64,000 nt of DNA from Cyanidioschyzon merolae (lineage: Eukaryota). The notes below the pieces were generated by a model, which worked only from the letters and a program-made list of their open reading frames with translations, was not told the DNA's origin and did no database searches. The position numbers were made by a program, and so were the translations under genes. The stretch lies in assembly GCA_000091205.1 (NCBI GenBank), contig AP006485.2. The stretch is one strand, 5' to 3'. The first letter of the stretch is position 1, and each line of letters opens with the position of its first letter. Below are positions 1 through 10,302 of this stretch, piece after piece.

Positions 1-1096
1 TCAGAATGGACTTGTGCTCGACCAGCATCACTTGGCCATCGAAGGTCGTTGTCGCTTCAACGGGATCGTTCTCTGCACAGAGCACCTGGCCCGAATGAAT
101 ATCGTCTTCCTCGACGCCTTTCACAAGCAGCTTGACGTTGTCTCCGGGCTCAGCGAGCGGCACCTCCTCGGCATCCATTGTGATGCTCGTGACATGCACG
201 ACAAGTCGCGGTGGCATGAGCAGTAGCCGATCACCGCTGCGAATCGTACCGGCTTCGACTCGGCCTAGGATACAAACGCCCATATCTCGAAATCTGTCCA
301 CGACAGTCATGCGCACCGGCATATCCAGCGGCCGCGGTGGTAGTTTCAGTGCATCGAGCACTTGGAGCAGCGATCCGCCTTTGTACCATGCACACGTGCT
401 TGGATGAACCGGTTCGCGCAAATTCTCACCTGTGAAGCCGCTGACAGGTACCCAGCTGACCTCCTGCGGCCGATATCCAATCTGCTTCAGGAAGGGTGCC
501 AGTTTGTCGCATATCTCCCGAAAGCGCTCCTCGCTCCACTGCACGGTGGGTTCATCCATCTTGTTGATGACGACGATGAGTTGTCGCACACCAGCCGTTT
601 TTGCGAGCATAGCGTGCTCGCGGGTCTGTCCGCCTCGTTCGAAGCCGGCCTCGAACTCTCCCTTGCGGGCCGAAATCACCAGTATAGCCACATCAGCTTG
701 TCCGGTGCCTGAGATCATCGCCGGCACATAGGCCTTGTGGCCAGGCGCATCAATAATCGTGATATGTTTCGTTGCGGTTCGGAATGAAGCTACGCCATAA
801 TCCGTGGTTTTTCCTTTGCTTCGTTCCTGTTCGGTGAGATCGAGCGCCCAAGCGAACTTCCATGACTCGCGACCTTTGCTCTTCGCCTCCTTTTCGTATT
901 TCTCCAACGTGCGCTCGTCGAGGTTGCCAGTCAGGTAGAGCAGGTGGCCGCACAGTGTCGACTTGCCGGCGTCTACGTGTCCGATGAACACAATGTTCAA
1001 GTTTCGGACCCGTTCTGGTGACTCGGATCCTGGTCCTCTGCCGTTGTCGTCGAGGTGCAGCTCCTGCACACGCTCCGCAACTTGAGACGCTGCCAT
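1..1096 (-). CDS. eRF3: eRF3/GSPT-type translation termination GTPase (EF1A-like family); 3' end runs off the left edge
   Basis: Absent from the ORF track because the frame is open to the window edge. My minus-strand translation from ATG 1096-1094 reads MAASQVAERVQELHLDDNGRGPGSESPERVRNLNIVFIGHVDAGKSTLCGHLLYLTGNLDERTLEKYEKEAKSKGRESWKFAWALDLTEQERSKGKT...IIDAPGHKAYVPAMISG...ISARKGEFEAGFERGGQTREHAMLAKTAGVRQLIVVINKMDEPTVQWS. G1/G3/G4 motifs are present and the wording is closer to eRF3 than to HBS1. An upstream in-frame stop precedes the ATG with no earlier ATG. Confidence 0.75.
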   Translation of the reverse strand, partial: MAASQVAERVQELHLDDNGRGPGSESPERVRNLNIVFIGHVDAGKSTLCGHLLYLTGNLDERTLEKYEKEAKSKGRESWKFAWALDLTEQERSKGKTTDYGVASFRTATKHITIIDAPGHKAYVPAMISGTGQADVAILVISARKGEFEAGFERGGQTREHAMLAKTAGVRQLIVVINKMDEPTVQWSEERFREICDKLAPFLKQIGYRPQEVSWVPVSGFTGENLREPVHPSTCAWYKGGSLLQVLDALKLPPRPLDMPVRMTVVDRFRDMGVCILGRVEAGTIRSGDRLLLMPPRLVVHVTSITMDAEEVPLAEPGDNVKLLVKGVEEDDIHSGQVLCAENDPVEATTTFDGQVMLVEHKSIL

Positions 1097-1708
1097 AGAT
1101 AGTGCCTTTGAACAAAGCTGCTCTAGTCGAACGGTCAAAATGAGAATCCCGAGCGCTATCCGTACGAGCGCTGCTCTGTGGTCCGACCACGTTCTCTTCC
1201 TTCGCTGCACGGAAGAGTGTCCGGGCACGACGCGAAGCGAGGAATGCTTAAACTTCTAAGCACGGAATTTTCGTCTATTGTAAATAGAAGAGTATTTTAT
1301 AGAGCTACAATTGCGATGTGTAGTCTGGGTTTGAACGCAAAAGCACCGCTCACAGGTGATGCCCTGAGCGAGCCAGCAAGCTCTGATGCGAGCGTCTTCT
1401 TGTTGCTCGGGTCCTCAAAGCCTTGTACTACACTAAGCGTACGTACCAAGCAGTTAGTTCTATACCTGGAGTTCCACAGCAGCGCGAAGCGCTAACAAGA
1501 CCCTGCCGGACAAGAAAGTCGCCTTAATAGGTCGCTGGACAAAGATTGTCGCCGTGGCGAGGCCGCGCGGGTACGCACTCCAACTCCCAACAAAAGCTTT
1601 TATGCCAGTCTCTGTTCAACGGCTGTGTTGCTGCGCTTAAGCCCTAACAGGGATCACTGACTCGTGATCCTGGGTAGACTCCGTTCAAGACGTACCTTGC
1701 CGTGGGGT

Positions 1709-3115
1709 ATGTTTGTGGGACTTCTCACAAGACGCAATCTACGACCCTTGCAGTCACTCGCCCGGAAACAAAGCCAGTTGGACACGTTTCGGAGCCGCAT
1801 GTCTTATTCGACTTTCTCTGGAGTGCCTGAGGCACCAAAGGACCCCATCTTAGGTCTGAATGAGCTTTTCCGTGAGGACCCTTCACCCCTTAAAGTAAAT
1901 CTGGGCGTCGGTGCGTACCGCACGGAAGAGAACAGGCCATACGTGCTCGGTGTTGTGAAACGAGTCGAACAAGAACTAGCAAATAATCCGAATACCCTGC
2001 ACGAGTATTTGCCGATCGAAGGCTTACCTGAATTTCGCTCCCTGTCAGCTCGCCTCGTATTTGGGGAGCGCTCACCGGCGCTCAAAGAGCAGCGAGTTGT
2101 CTCGCTACAAAGCCTGTCGGGAACAGGCTCGCTTCGCCTGGTCGCAGAGTTCCTCAGCAAGTTTTACCAGCGCGGCGCAGTCTGTTATCTGCCGCGCCCG
2201 ACCTGGGGGAACCACTGGAACATATTCCCAGCGGCGGGCATAAAGTGCCGCGAGTACCGGTATTACTCAGACGAGACCCATGAGGTCGACATCATCGGTC
2301 TCCTGGACGACCTAACTGCTGCACCGTCGGGCTCAATCGTGCTCCTTCACGCGTGTGCACATAATCCGACGGGAGCAGACCCTTCCATGACACAGTGGCA
2401 AGAGATCTTGGACGTCATCCGAAAGAAACAACATTTTCCGTTATTTGACTGCGCTTACCAAGGCTTCGCCTCGGGCTCTTTTGAGCGCGATGCGGCAGCT
2501 GTTCGCTTGTTTGAACGCGCTACAGTACCGGCTTCCGAAGCGGATGGTGCCAGAGAGCGACCCATGGAGATGGCGGTGACGCAGTCGTTTGCGAAAAATA
2601 TGGGACTTTACGGAGAGCGCGTCGGCGCAGCTCATATTGTCTGTGCTGCTCCGGCAGTAACGCAAGCCGTGCTCAGCCAAATGAAGCAGATAGCGCGCGG
2701 GCTCTATTCGAGTCCACCGGCACATGGTGCGACGATAGCAGCGAGAATTCTGAAAGATCGTGCGCTTTTTGCGGAATGGGAAACCGAAGTGCATGTGATG
2801 AGTAGTCGTATTCTACGCATGCGTCGTGAGCTCTTTGAGGCGCTGCATGAAAACAAAACGCCCGGAAATTGGGAGCATATTCTCTCCCAAATCGGCATGT
2901 TCAGTTTCCTGGGGCTGAGTGCGGAACAATGCCTTTATCTCCGGGAAAAGTACCATATATATATGACGACGAATGGGAGAATATCAATGGCCGGTCTCAC
3001 TTCAGACAAGGTACAGTACCTAGCGGATGCTATCAGGGATGCAGTCGTGCGTGAGGCCGAAAAGTTTGAGCATCAATCCGGCATTCAAGCTGCGCTAAAC
3101 AGCGGTAAGATATAA
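1709..3115 (+). CDS. Aspartate aminotransferase (class I, PLP-dependent) with a basic N-terminal extension
   Basis: The ORF 1664..3115 starts at GTG in the track; the first ATG is at 1709. Family motifs: NLGVGAYRTEE, LLHACAHNPTG, and SQSFAKNMGLYGERVGA (PLP-lysine motif SxxKNxGLYxxRxG). The core starts near MSYSTFSGVPEAP, and the preceding Arg-rich stretch looks like an organelle presequence. Confidence 0.85.
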   Translation: MFVGLLTRRNLRPLQSLARKQSQLDTFRSRMSYSTFSGVPEAPKDPILGLNELFREDPSPLKVNLGVGAYRTEENRPYVLGVVKRVEQELANNPNTLHEYLPIEGLPEFRSLSARLVFGERSPALKEQRVVSLQSLSGTGSLRLVAEFLSKFYQRGAVCYLPRPTWGNHWNIFPAAGIKCREYRYYSDETHEVDIIGLLDDLTAAPSGSIVLLHACAHNPTGADPSMTQWQEILDVIRKKQHFPLFDCAYQGFASGSFERDAAAVRLFERATVPASEADGARERPMEMAVTQSFAKNMGLYGERVGAAHIVCAAPAVTQAVLSQMKQIARGLYSSPPAHGATIAARILKDRALFAEWETEVHVMSSRILRMRRELFEALHENKTPGNWEHILSQIGMFSFLGLSAEQCLYLREKYHIYMTTNGRISMAGLTSDKVQYLADAIRDAVVREAEKFEHQSGIQAALNSGKI

Positions 3116-4195
3116 GAGATAAATTTTGGCGGAGTACACACTGGTTTGGTGTTTTGCCACACGGCAACGGAACGAAGCACCGTTCCCGTCACGTCCAGCT
3201 AGACCGATCATCAGGTGCCGTGGAGCCATGATTCGTGAACGGATGCGTCGGTTTTGGTTGCCAGCGTCTACAGCAAAGGCGCGTAACGACGCGAGCGAGA
3301 GCGTCGACCCTGCATCCCGTGTGTGCACGGGACGTCGCGCGCATCTCAGGTGCCCTGTGGCAGCGAGTACCATGTAGTCAACCCCGAGGACTTGCTCCAT
3401 AGATCCTAGCCGGTAACGAATACTGCAGTTAGCGCCTTGCGTGGACCACAGCTCGCGTCTGGGAGAAAAAATCTTTCATGAAAGGTGGTCACAGAAACTA
3501 GACGCTGGTGAGCTTTCTGAATAGTCCACGCCTTTCTTTCATAGAATAGATGCTTCCAGAGAAGCGAATGACTTCTTTTGCTTGCATGCCACCAACAGAG
3601 TTCAATGGATTTTTCGTATGTTTGCAGTGAATCATTACCAACACCAGCGAAAGCACCGCGAGCATCACCATCATCACCCATATTGTAATTATCATCATCA
3701 TCATCATCACCATTAGCAGCAGCAGCAGCATGCACCTTCATTGCAACCAAGGGTGCCCATTGCCTCCAACAGAGCTGCCATTTCTTGCACAGCATGCGTG
3801 ACGCGCATGCGTGGCGGCGCAGCGCTGGCGGATCAGTTGCACGCATGCGATGCGCCATATCGTCGTCAGGGCCCTACATCTCCATCATGGACAAAAAGGT
3901 AAAGCGATACAGTCCAACACCTCCGTCAAGAACAAAAAAGAACGTAAGAATGTGCTGAGCGTTGATGGACGCTCGGTCCGATACCGATGACAATCACGAT
4001 ATCAGGGATCGATGGTCAATGGAAACCTTTTGACATCAGAAAAAAATTGCCTCATCGCCGATTGCGGTGTCGATCGACATCCACTTGTCTTTTTTTTCAA
4101 GATATATACATTTATGTCTAGATAGAAAGTGGCGTTCAGCGGCCGCGTAGCAGGGCGTGCACGCGCGCGCCGGCGCATCCACTCCCGTCGCAGCG

Positions 4196-6205
4196 ATGCA
4201 TCGACGCTGCGGCGCGATGGACGGCATCGCTCGAGAAGCGTCAGTTAAGCGCCGGCTAAGTCCACTGGGCGCTCTGGACCTGAACGCTTCTATGGTCTTT
4301 GTGCCGATCACATCGGTTCAAGAGGCAAAGCATATTTTTCGTCATAGAAATAGCAGATCAACGAGTCAACTTTGTGCTTGTCGGTTCGCCTTGGCTCGGG
4401 CTTTCGTGTCTACGCAAGATAAAACGTGCTTTGTACCTGGTAGACCGTGTGTGCTCAAGGAAAAGTCAGCGCACACCGGCACTCTGAGACGCTCTCGGTT
4501 ACAGCGGGGGTTCTGTTGCGCTCAGGTCGAAGCAACAACGGTACATTCTGATTCGATGAGGAAAACGAACTCAACTTCAGTCATGGGGAACGGCGCTGTC
4601 GGGGCGCTGACGGGGAGAGTTCTCGTTCCCGAGAAGCTCGACAGCGACGGCGTAGCGCTGCTCGAGAGAGCCGGTCTGGAAGTAGTGTGCAAGTACGACT
4701 TGACAGAAGATGAGTTAAGCGCTGTTCTTGGTGACTTTGACGCACTGATCGTTCGATCCGGTACCAAAGTGACGCGTTCCCTTCTCGAGAAAGCGAACGC
4801 TACGCGTCTGCGTGTCATCGGACGGGCCGGCGTTGGTGTCGATAATATCGACCTGGCGGCAGCCTCCGAACGGGGAATCGTTGTTGTGAACGCACCTACG
4901 GGCAACTGTATTGCTGCTGCTGAGCATACGGTTGCGTTGCTTCTGGCGCTGGCCCGCAACATTGCCGCCGCGGACGCTACAATCAAAGGTGATCAGTGGA
5001 ATCGGAATAAATTTGTAGGCGTTTCCCTTGTGGATAAGACCCTTGGTGTATGTGGTTTTGGAAGAATTGGTCGAGAGGTTGCACGTCGCTGTCGGGCGCT
5101 GGGAATGCGTATATTGGCCTACGATCCCTACTGTGCTGTCGAGGTGACACGCGCCGTCGGTGCCGAGCTCTGCAGCTCCCTCGATGAACTTCTTCGTGTT
5201 TCAGACTTTGTTACCGTGCACATGCCCCTGACAGAGTCCACGGAAAATATGATCGATCGGAATGCGCTCTCTAAGTGCAAGGATGGAGTGCGGATTCTGA
5301 ACGTCGCCCGCGGCGGCATCGTCGACGAGGTCGCTCTGTTGGAGGCGCTGGAATCCGGCAAAGTCGCAGGAGCCGCGTTAGACGTTTTTGTTCAGGAGCC
5401 TCCACACAAATATCCCGGAAGTCCATCAGAGAAGGTTGCGAAACATCCCCGGGTGGTCGCGACACCGCACCTGGGAGCCAGCACTGTCGAGGCACAACTC
5501 GATGTGGCCCTTGAAGTAGCCGAGGCGGTCATCACAGCGCTGCGGGGTGACTTTGCGCCAACAACAGTGAATGCTCCATCGCTTCCTTCGGAGATGCTTT
5601 CGACTTTGAAGCCAGTTGCCGAGCTCGCAAAGGACTTGGGAAAGTTGGCGGCTGCCTTTAGTGACCGCATTCACGAAGTGAGCATCACATACGCCTTTCG
5701 TGATGCTGAGAAGCGGAATGCCACTCGCTTTCTGCGCGCTTCTGTGCTTCAAGGCCTCCTTGGGCAGACCTCGGCAGTGCCGATCAATTACGTGAACGCA
5801 GATGTGGTTGCGGAGCGTCGAGGCATCACCTGGACGGAGGTTTTACTCTCCAGCATCGAAACCAGCGATGCAGAGTTTCTGCGTTTGGAAGTGAATCGCC
5901 ATGTCTACGAAGGCCGTGTAACTTCGGGGATGCCTCGGGTAACGCGCATCGACAATTTCGATATTGACATTTGCCTGAACGGCCGTGTACTCGCGTACGA
6001 ACAAATCGATCGACCGGGCATGATCGGTCTCGTAGGCTCTATTCTAGGTGATGCTGGAGTGAACATCAGCTTCATGACACTAGGTCGCGATGACAAAGTC
6101 GGACGGGCGCTGGTCCTCCTCGGGGTGGACTCAGAGCCGGAACCGTCAACGCTCGATGCCATCGCATCCAAAATTGGGTATCGTCCGCGAATGATGTTCT
6201 TCTGA
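4196..6205 (+). CDS. PHGDH: D-3-phosphoglycerate dehydrogenase (long form with C-terminal ASB/ACT regions); start codon uncertain
   Basis: The conserved region starts at RVLVPEKLDSDGVALLERAG. Also present: the NAD-binding motif GVCGFGRIGREVARR, VHMPLTESTENMI, RGGIVDE, and ATPHLGASTVEAQ. The track start at 4157 is GTG. In-frame ATGs lie at 4196, 4217, 4292, 4556 and 4583. A long S/T/R-rich leader before the core could be a transit peptide. Confidence 0.8.
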   Translation: MHRRCGAMDGIAREASVKRRLSPLGALDLNASMVFVPITSVQEAKHIFRHRNSRSTSQLCACRFALARAFVSTQDKTCFVPGRPCVLKEKSAHTGTLRRSRLQRGFCCAQVEATTVHSDSMRKTNSTSVMGNGAVGALTGRVLVPEKLDSDGVALLERAGLEVVCKYDLTEDELSAVLGDFDALIVRSGTKVTRSLLEKANATRLRVIGRAGVGVDNIDLAAASERGIVVVNAPTGNCIAAAEHTVALLLALARNIAAADATIKGDQWNRNKFVGVSLVDKTLGVCGFGRIGREVARRCRALGMRILAYDPYCAVEVTRAVGAELCSSLDELLRVSDFVTVHMPLTESTENMIDRNALSKCKDGVRILNVARGGIVDEVALLEALESGKVAGAALDVFVQEPPHKYPGSPSEKVAKHPRVVATPHLGASTVEAQLDVALEVAEAVITALRGDFAPTTVNAPSLPSEMLSTLKPVAELAKDLGKLAAAFSDRIHEVSITYAFRDAEKRNATRFLRASVLQGLLGQTSAVPINYVNADVVAERRGITWTEVLLSSIETSDAEFLRLEVNRHVYEGRVTSGMPRVTRIDNFDIDICLNGRVLAYEQIDRPGMIGLVGSILGDAGVNISFMTLGRDDKVGRALVLLGVDSEPEPSTLDAIASKIGYRPRMMFF

Positions 6206-7099
6206 GGTGTTGTATACGTTGCAAAAGATGTAAGTGATGTACCATAGAAGCCGAGATGATCGCCGATTACAAACAAGGGTGTTCCAAACCCAAGGCGATC
6301 ACAAATCGAGATACGATCCATGAATCCAAGGCGAGCTCCATCGTAAATGCACCCGTTTTACAAGTTCATGTACTGGTCGCTCTTGCATTCGCGTGGTGTC
6401 CGAATGCTCTATATTGAGCAACTGCTTTCCTTTCTCTATAATGTTGGAAATGCCTGGATGACCAGATGCTCTGGGTTGCACGGCTGCTGTCGGTAACCGG
6501 TGAGCAGACGCTTGGCCTGGAAGGTGAGCGCTGCGGCCTCGGTGGCAGCGGAGCGCGTTCGCAGGTACAGTGCGAGCCCAGTTGCAAAGAATTCCAGGTT
6601 TTCTTCATGGGAGTCCGATGATCCTAATCGCATTTCCCCCGGTAACGCTCACACTACTGGAACATACGCAGCGGAGCGCCCGCACCGACGGTTCGTCGAC
6701 ATCGTCTTCCAATCAACGACGAGTCTTCAATTTGTCTGCTTTATTTGGGCAAGCAGCCTACCTCTTTCTCGCTAAACATGCTATTAAGAAGTATGCACGT
6801 TGACTTGTCGATCAAAACGACCTGGTTAAAACAACACCCAACCTATTTATGAAAGATGCGAAGCGTTCCGGCACCCGCCGTAAACCGCCAGCCCGGTGAC
6901 CAGCTTCGCTTGCATGGCACCCCCGGTACCAAGACCTTGACTCGACGAGTTCCTACGCCGCATCCCGAGCACCCAGAACGTGCCCTGATCGGTAGCCAGT
7001 GCCTGAGCAGCGACGGAATACACTTGGCACAGCTCCAAACAATCCAAAAGACGAGTCCAGTGCCCGGGGTGCTGCTTCTACGCCTCAGCGCGAACCGCT

Positions 7100-8488
7100 C
7101 TACTTCTGCAAGTCGATACGGCTATAGCGCGCTCCTAATCGTGTGGCTTTCTGATAGAGATCCGCAAAAGCATTCCCGAACCCCTTATCTCCCAAGTTGC
7201 CCAGAGTGTCTACCGCTTTCGTTGCGTCTGCATCTGCAGCGATTGAGAATTCTGTTGCATTCTGTGCTTCGTGCCGATGCAGGCGGCTTGCAAGTTCTCG
7301 CAGAAAACGAGTGCTGAAGCGGTCCTTGCCGAGCGTCAACGAACGCACGGAGGTGTTCACGGCCACTGTCCTCGAGGCAGCAGGATCGCTGCGCGCTCGA
7401 CCGTACGTTACGGTGGCGATGTCCTCTGAGAGAATCGGCCCTGTTGACGAGGAACGCTCACCTCGGGCGGCAGTGCCTCGTGACGGGGCGGACGACCCCA
7501 GCGACTCTTCGAGACGCCTCAGTTCGCCAAGCGCTCCGATTATAAGGAGGCCTGCACGCGTTTGCTGCTCCCTATCATTCCTGGACACAAGGCCGGATCG
7601 CGTCAGAAGCACGCGCATGTCTTCTAGTCCCAGAGCGGCGTCGTTGTCGCTGGCATTGTCCTCGATGCCGTGCAGGAAGCGCCAGTAAGCCGGAACATCC
7701 TGAAGACGCTGCCAAACGAGTTGTTGTCTTTCTGCCGGTGCGTCCTCTCTGCCGTTCTGGACGCGTAATCGCGGACCTCCAGTAAGCTCCATTGCCACGA
7801 CGCCAGCGTAGGCTATGGTATCGGCCCAGGATACCTCTTTTATGAAAGGACGAATAGGCTCCAATGCCTTCAGCGCTTCTTGTAACCCCGATAGACCAGG
7901 TGCGCTGGCAGTCTTCCTAGGGCCGTTCTCTTGCAGCTTCGCCAAAACGTATCGAATAGAGGCGTTGCTACCCCCGACCTGGGTACTTTCGTCGAAGGTG
8001 AAGGCATCGGCAAGCGCCAAGCGTACGAAAGGTTCCAATAAGTGCGGCGACTGGGATAGAACGTTTCTTAAGTTCTGTTTCAGCCGGTTCAGGGTTGAAA
8101 CTCTGATTTCCTTATCTCCGTACCGGTTGACATCAAAGTCCACAAACGCGTGGGCAATCGGAAGCTGTCCGTCCCGAAGCGTCTCGGTTTGCGCGAGAAG
8201 GCAACCAGTGGAGAGCGCAAGCAGCGTGCGCAGGAACGCACGTCGAGAGGGCTCTACTGCAGACCGCCAACACAGACGCTGCGTTTGACGAGTGCCCGTG
8301 AAACGAAGCCGACTCGCACGCCATAGACGTATGCTATTCCGTCCAGTGCCTTGACCAAAGCTTGCTGATGAAGAACCGGTACGGGTCCAGTTACCACATG
8401 TGAACGCAAACGCCGGTTCCTGTGTCCGAAAAAGTGCCTCTTGGTGGCTCACGGCTGACGAGCACTCGAGCGGCGAGGCCTTCTCCAT
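7100..8488 (-). CDS. Class-I peroxidase-fold protein lacking both catalytic His residues (TL29/APX4-like), with a twin-arginine lumenal signal
   Basis: ATG at 8488. The sequence ...SRRAFLRTLLALSTGCLLAQT is a Tat-type motif that follows an S/T/R-rich leader. The APX-like core reads VSWADTIAYAGVVAMELTGGPRLRVQNGREDAP. The distal motif RLAWHDAGT is replaced by RLALADAFT. The proximal SGAHTLG position reads IGALGEL. Confidence 0.6.
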   Translation of the reverse strand: MEKASPLECSSAVSHQEALFRTQEPAFAFTCGNWTRTGSSSASFGQGTGRNSIRLWRASRLRFTGTRQTQRLCWRSAVEPSRRAFLRTLLALSTGCLLAQTETLRDGQLPIAHAFVDFDVNRYGDKEIRVSTLNRLKQNLRNVLSQSPHLLEPFVRLALADAFTFDESTQVGGSNASIRYVLAKLQENGPRKTASAPGLSGLQEALKALEPIRPFIKEVSWADTIAYAGVVAMELTGGPRLRVQNGREDAPAERQQLVWQRLQDVPAYWRFLHGIEDNASDNDAALGLEDMRVLLTRSGLVSRNDREQQTRAGLLIIGALGELRRLEESLGSSAPSRGTAARGERSSSTGPILSEDIATVTYGRARSDPAASRTVAVNTSVRSLTLGKDRFSTRFLRELASRLHRHEAQNATEFSIAADADATKAVDTLGNLGDKGFGNAFADLYQKATRLGARYSRIDLQK

Positions 8489-8959
8489 AGACTCGAACAG
8501 CTCACTCCTTCAGAAGCGACCTGTAGTACCGAACCCTGCCCTGGTTCACTGGTGAAAGAGCACCGCTGTTCCAGAATACCTGAAGGCGCCGCTGCGAAAA
8601 GCGTTCGATGTTGCGTGGTATGCAGTGAACGGCGCGCTCGAGTTCTACAGTGTGTCTGCCGCTTAGCCGCGGTGCAGCGTATGCTCCATAGCGCTCATAC
8701 TTCGCCCAGTATACTTGTAGGAGGTTCAACTGAACCGACCAAGACGCCCTTAACCGGCTGACGTATTCGAAAGCGTTTCCGAGCGTTGCTCCAGAGGTCA
8801 GAGTTGGCTACTGCAGGCTGCGTTGCGATCTGGAAGCAGGGCTGCTTCCAGGTGCCCGAGCTCTTGTGCTTCATTATCTAGCAAGAGCCTTCACTCCGAC
8901 GCATCTTCTACTGTCAAGTAGCTCTGGGGTTTTTGGCAACTGTAGTGCCTCTGTGTCGC

Positions 8960-10105
8960 ATGGCGCCTACTGGCTCTCCAAACGAAGTGTGCGCGGGCCT
9001 ACTCGCAGTGCCAAGAACGTTGCCAACGATACCGATAGCGCAAATAGAGCCATTCGAGCTGCCAGGGTTCCGCGTGGGTACCCTGGACTCCCTGCTCGCT
9101 TTATCGGAGACGCTTTGCCGCCACGACAGCGCAGCGTCTCAACTGGCCGTGAAGATCGCGCAGGAGTTCCCAGCCGAGTTCTCGTTATCCACTGATGGCT
9201 TGAGGGTACCACTGCGTGCATACTGTCCCTTCCGCTGGAATCAAGCCAAATACGGCTCAGTCGAACAGTGTCCACTAGCGCAACTATTTCAGTTCGTCTG
9301 GCGACAGGTAGAAGAGCTCGAACAGGGTTTTCGCACCCGCCACGAGCAGTACGCCGCAGCGAAACAGAACTGGCAAGCACTGGAACAAGCTTACTCGGGT
9401 GGACTGAGCTATCGACCGCTGTCAAGTATCGTTAGACCCGAGCAGATACTCGAAACAGAGCACCTCCTGACGGTGTTTCTCCTGCTCAAGGCCCGGGACG
9501 AGGATACGTTTCTGCGCACGTACGAAAGCTCAACACCGCATGTGGTGCCCCGCAGCGCAACCCTGCTTGCCCGCGACGATGAAGAAGTGCTGTATAGCGT
9601 AGTCGTATTCCGAAAAGGCCTCACGGAGTTTGTTCGAGCTGCGCGAGAACGTCGCTATCAAGTACGAGAGTACCAATCTGAGGCAGATTCCACACAGGGC
9701 AGCCTCGAGGAACGGCTTGCAAAGGCACGAATACACTGGCAGCAGCTTGGTCATGCATTCCGGGAATGGATAACAGAAGCGTATGCGGAGTGCATCGACG
9801 CGCTCGTTCACTTGAAGGTGCTGCGTCTGTTCGTAGAGGGTGTTCTTCGGTACGGAGTTCCGGTCTCCTTCGCCGCTGGATGGATTTTGTATGATCGTTC
9901 GAAGATACAAAAAATCCGAAAGACGCTCCAGCAAGCGCTACACACACCCGAGCATCGACAGATTCTGCGACATGTATACCGCGAAGCCGGCGAACAGATA
10001 GAGATGCCGTCGATTCCTGGGCTCTCAGCAGCAGATATGGAACTGCCATACGACGAGGATGCTTTCGTGTGGCTCCCAGTGGACGATGCGATTTTTCGGC
10101 AGTAG
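8960..10105 (+). CDS. VMA5: V-type H+-ATPase subunit C (V1 sector)
   Basis: The track start at 8933 is TTG; the first ATG is at 8960. LPGFRVGTLDSLLALSETL, HVVPRSATLLARDDE, VVVFRKGLTEFVRAARERRYQVREY and LRLFVEGVLRYGVPVSF match the V1-C family layout end to end. Confidence 0.85.
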   Translation: MAPTGSPNEVCAGLLAVPRTLPTIPIAQIEPFELPGFRVGTLDSLLALSETLCRHDSAASQLAVKIAQEFPAEFSLSTDGLRVPLRAYCPFRWNQAKYGSVEQCPLAQLFQFVWRQVEELEQGFRTRHEQYAAAKQNWQALEQAYSGGLSYRPLSSIVRPEQILETEHLLTVFLLLKARDEDTFLRTYESSTPHVVPRSATLLARDDEEVLYSVVVFRKGLTEFVRAARERRYQVREYQSEADSTQGSLEERLAKARIHWQQLGHAFREWITEAYAECIDALVHLKVLRLFVEGVLRYGVPVSFAAGWILYDRSKIQKIRKTLQQALHTPEHRQILRHVYREAGEQIEMPSIPGLSAADMELPYDEDAFVWLPVDDAIFRQ

Positions 10106-10302
10106 ACGATCCTATGCCTGAGATGCCTTACGCCAAGCGGGGAGCATCCTTTTAGTTGCAGTGTCGCGCTTTGTCGAAGGCGAGGAGCATTGGACGGCGT
10201 ACTTTTCAGGTTCGGTGGTACGCGAGCATTCCGCTGCATTGCATCTTCTACATTCGTGTTCGAATAAAATGGGACGGACCCTGAACCTGGGCGTAAACGC
10301 TG

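Noticed and set aside
8502-8729. A 75-aa minus-strand ORF (…YWAKYERYGAY…VELERAVHCIPRNIERFSQRR…) that vaguely resembles a small respiratory-chain subunit (QCR7-like wording).
   Set aside because: The track start is TTG. The frame has no ATG anywhere between the upstream stop and the ORF end. The similarity is loose. There is not enough support to call a gene.
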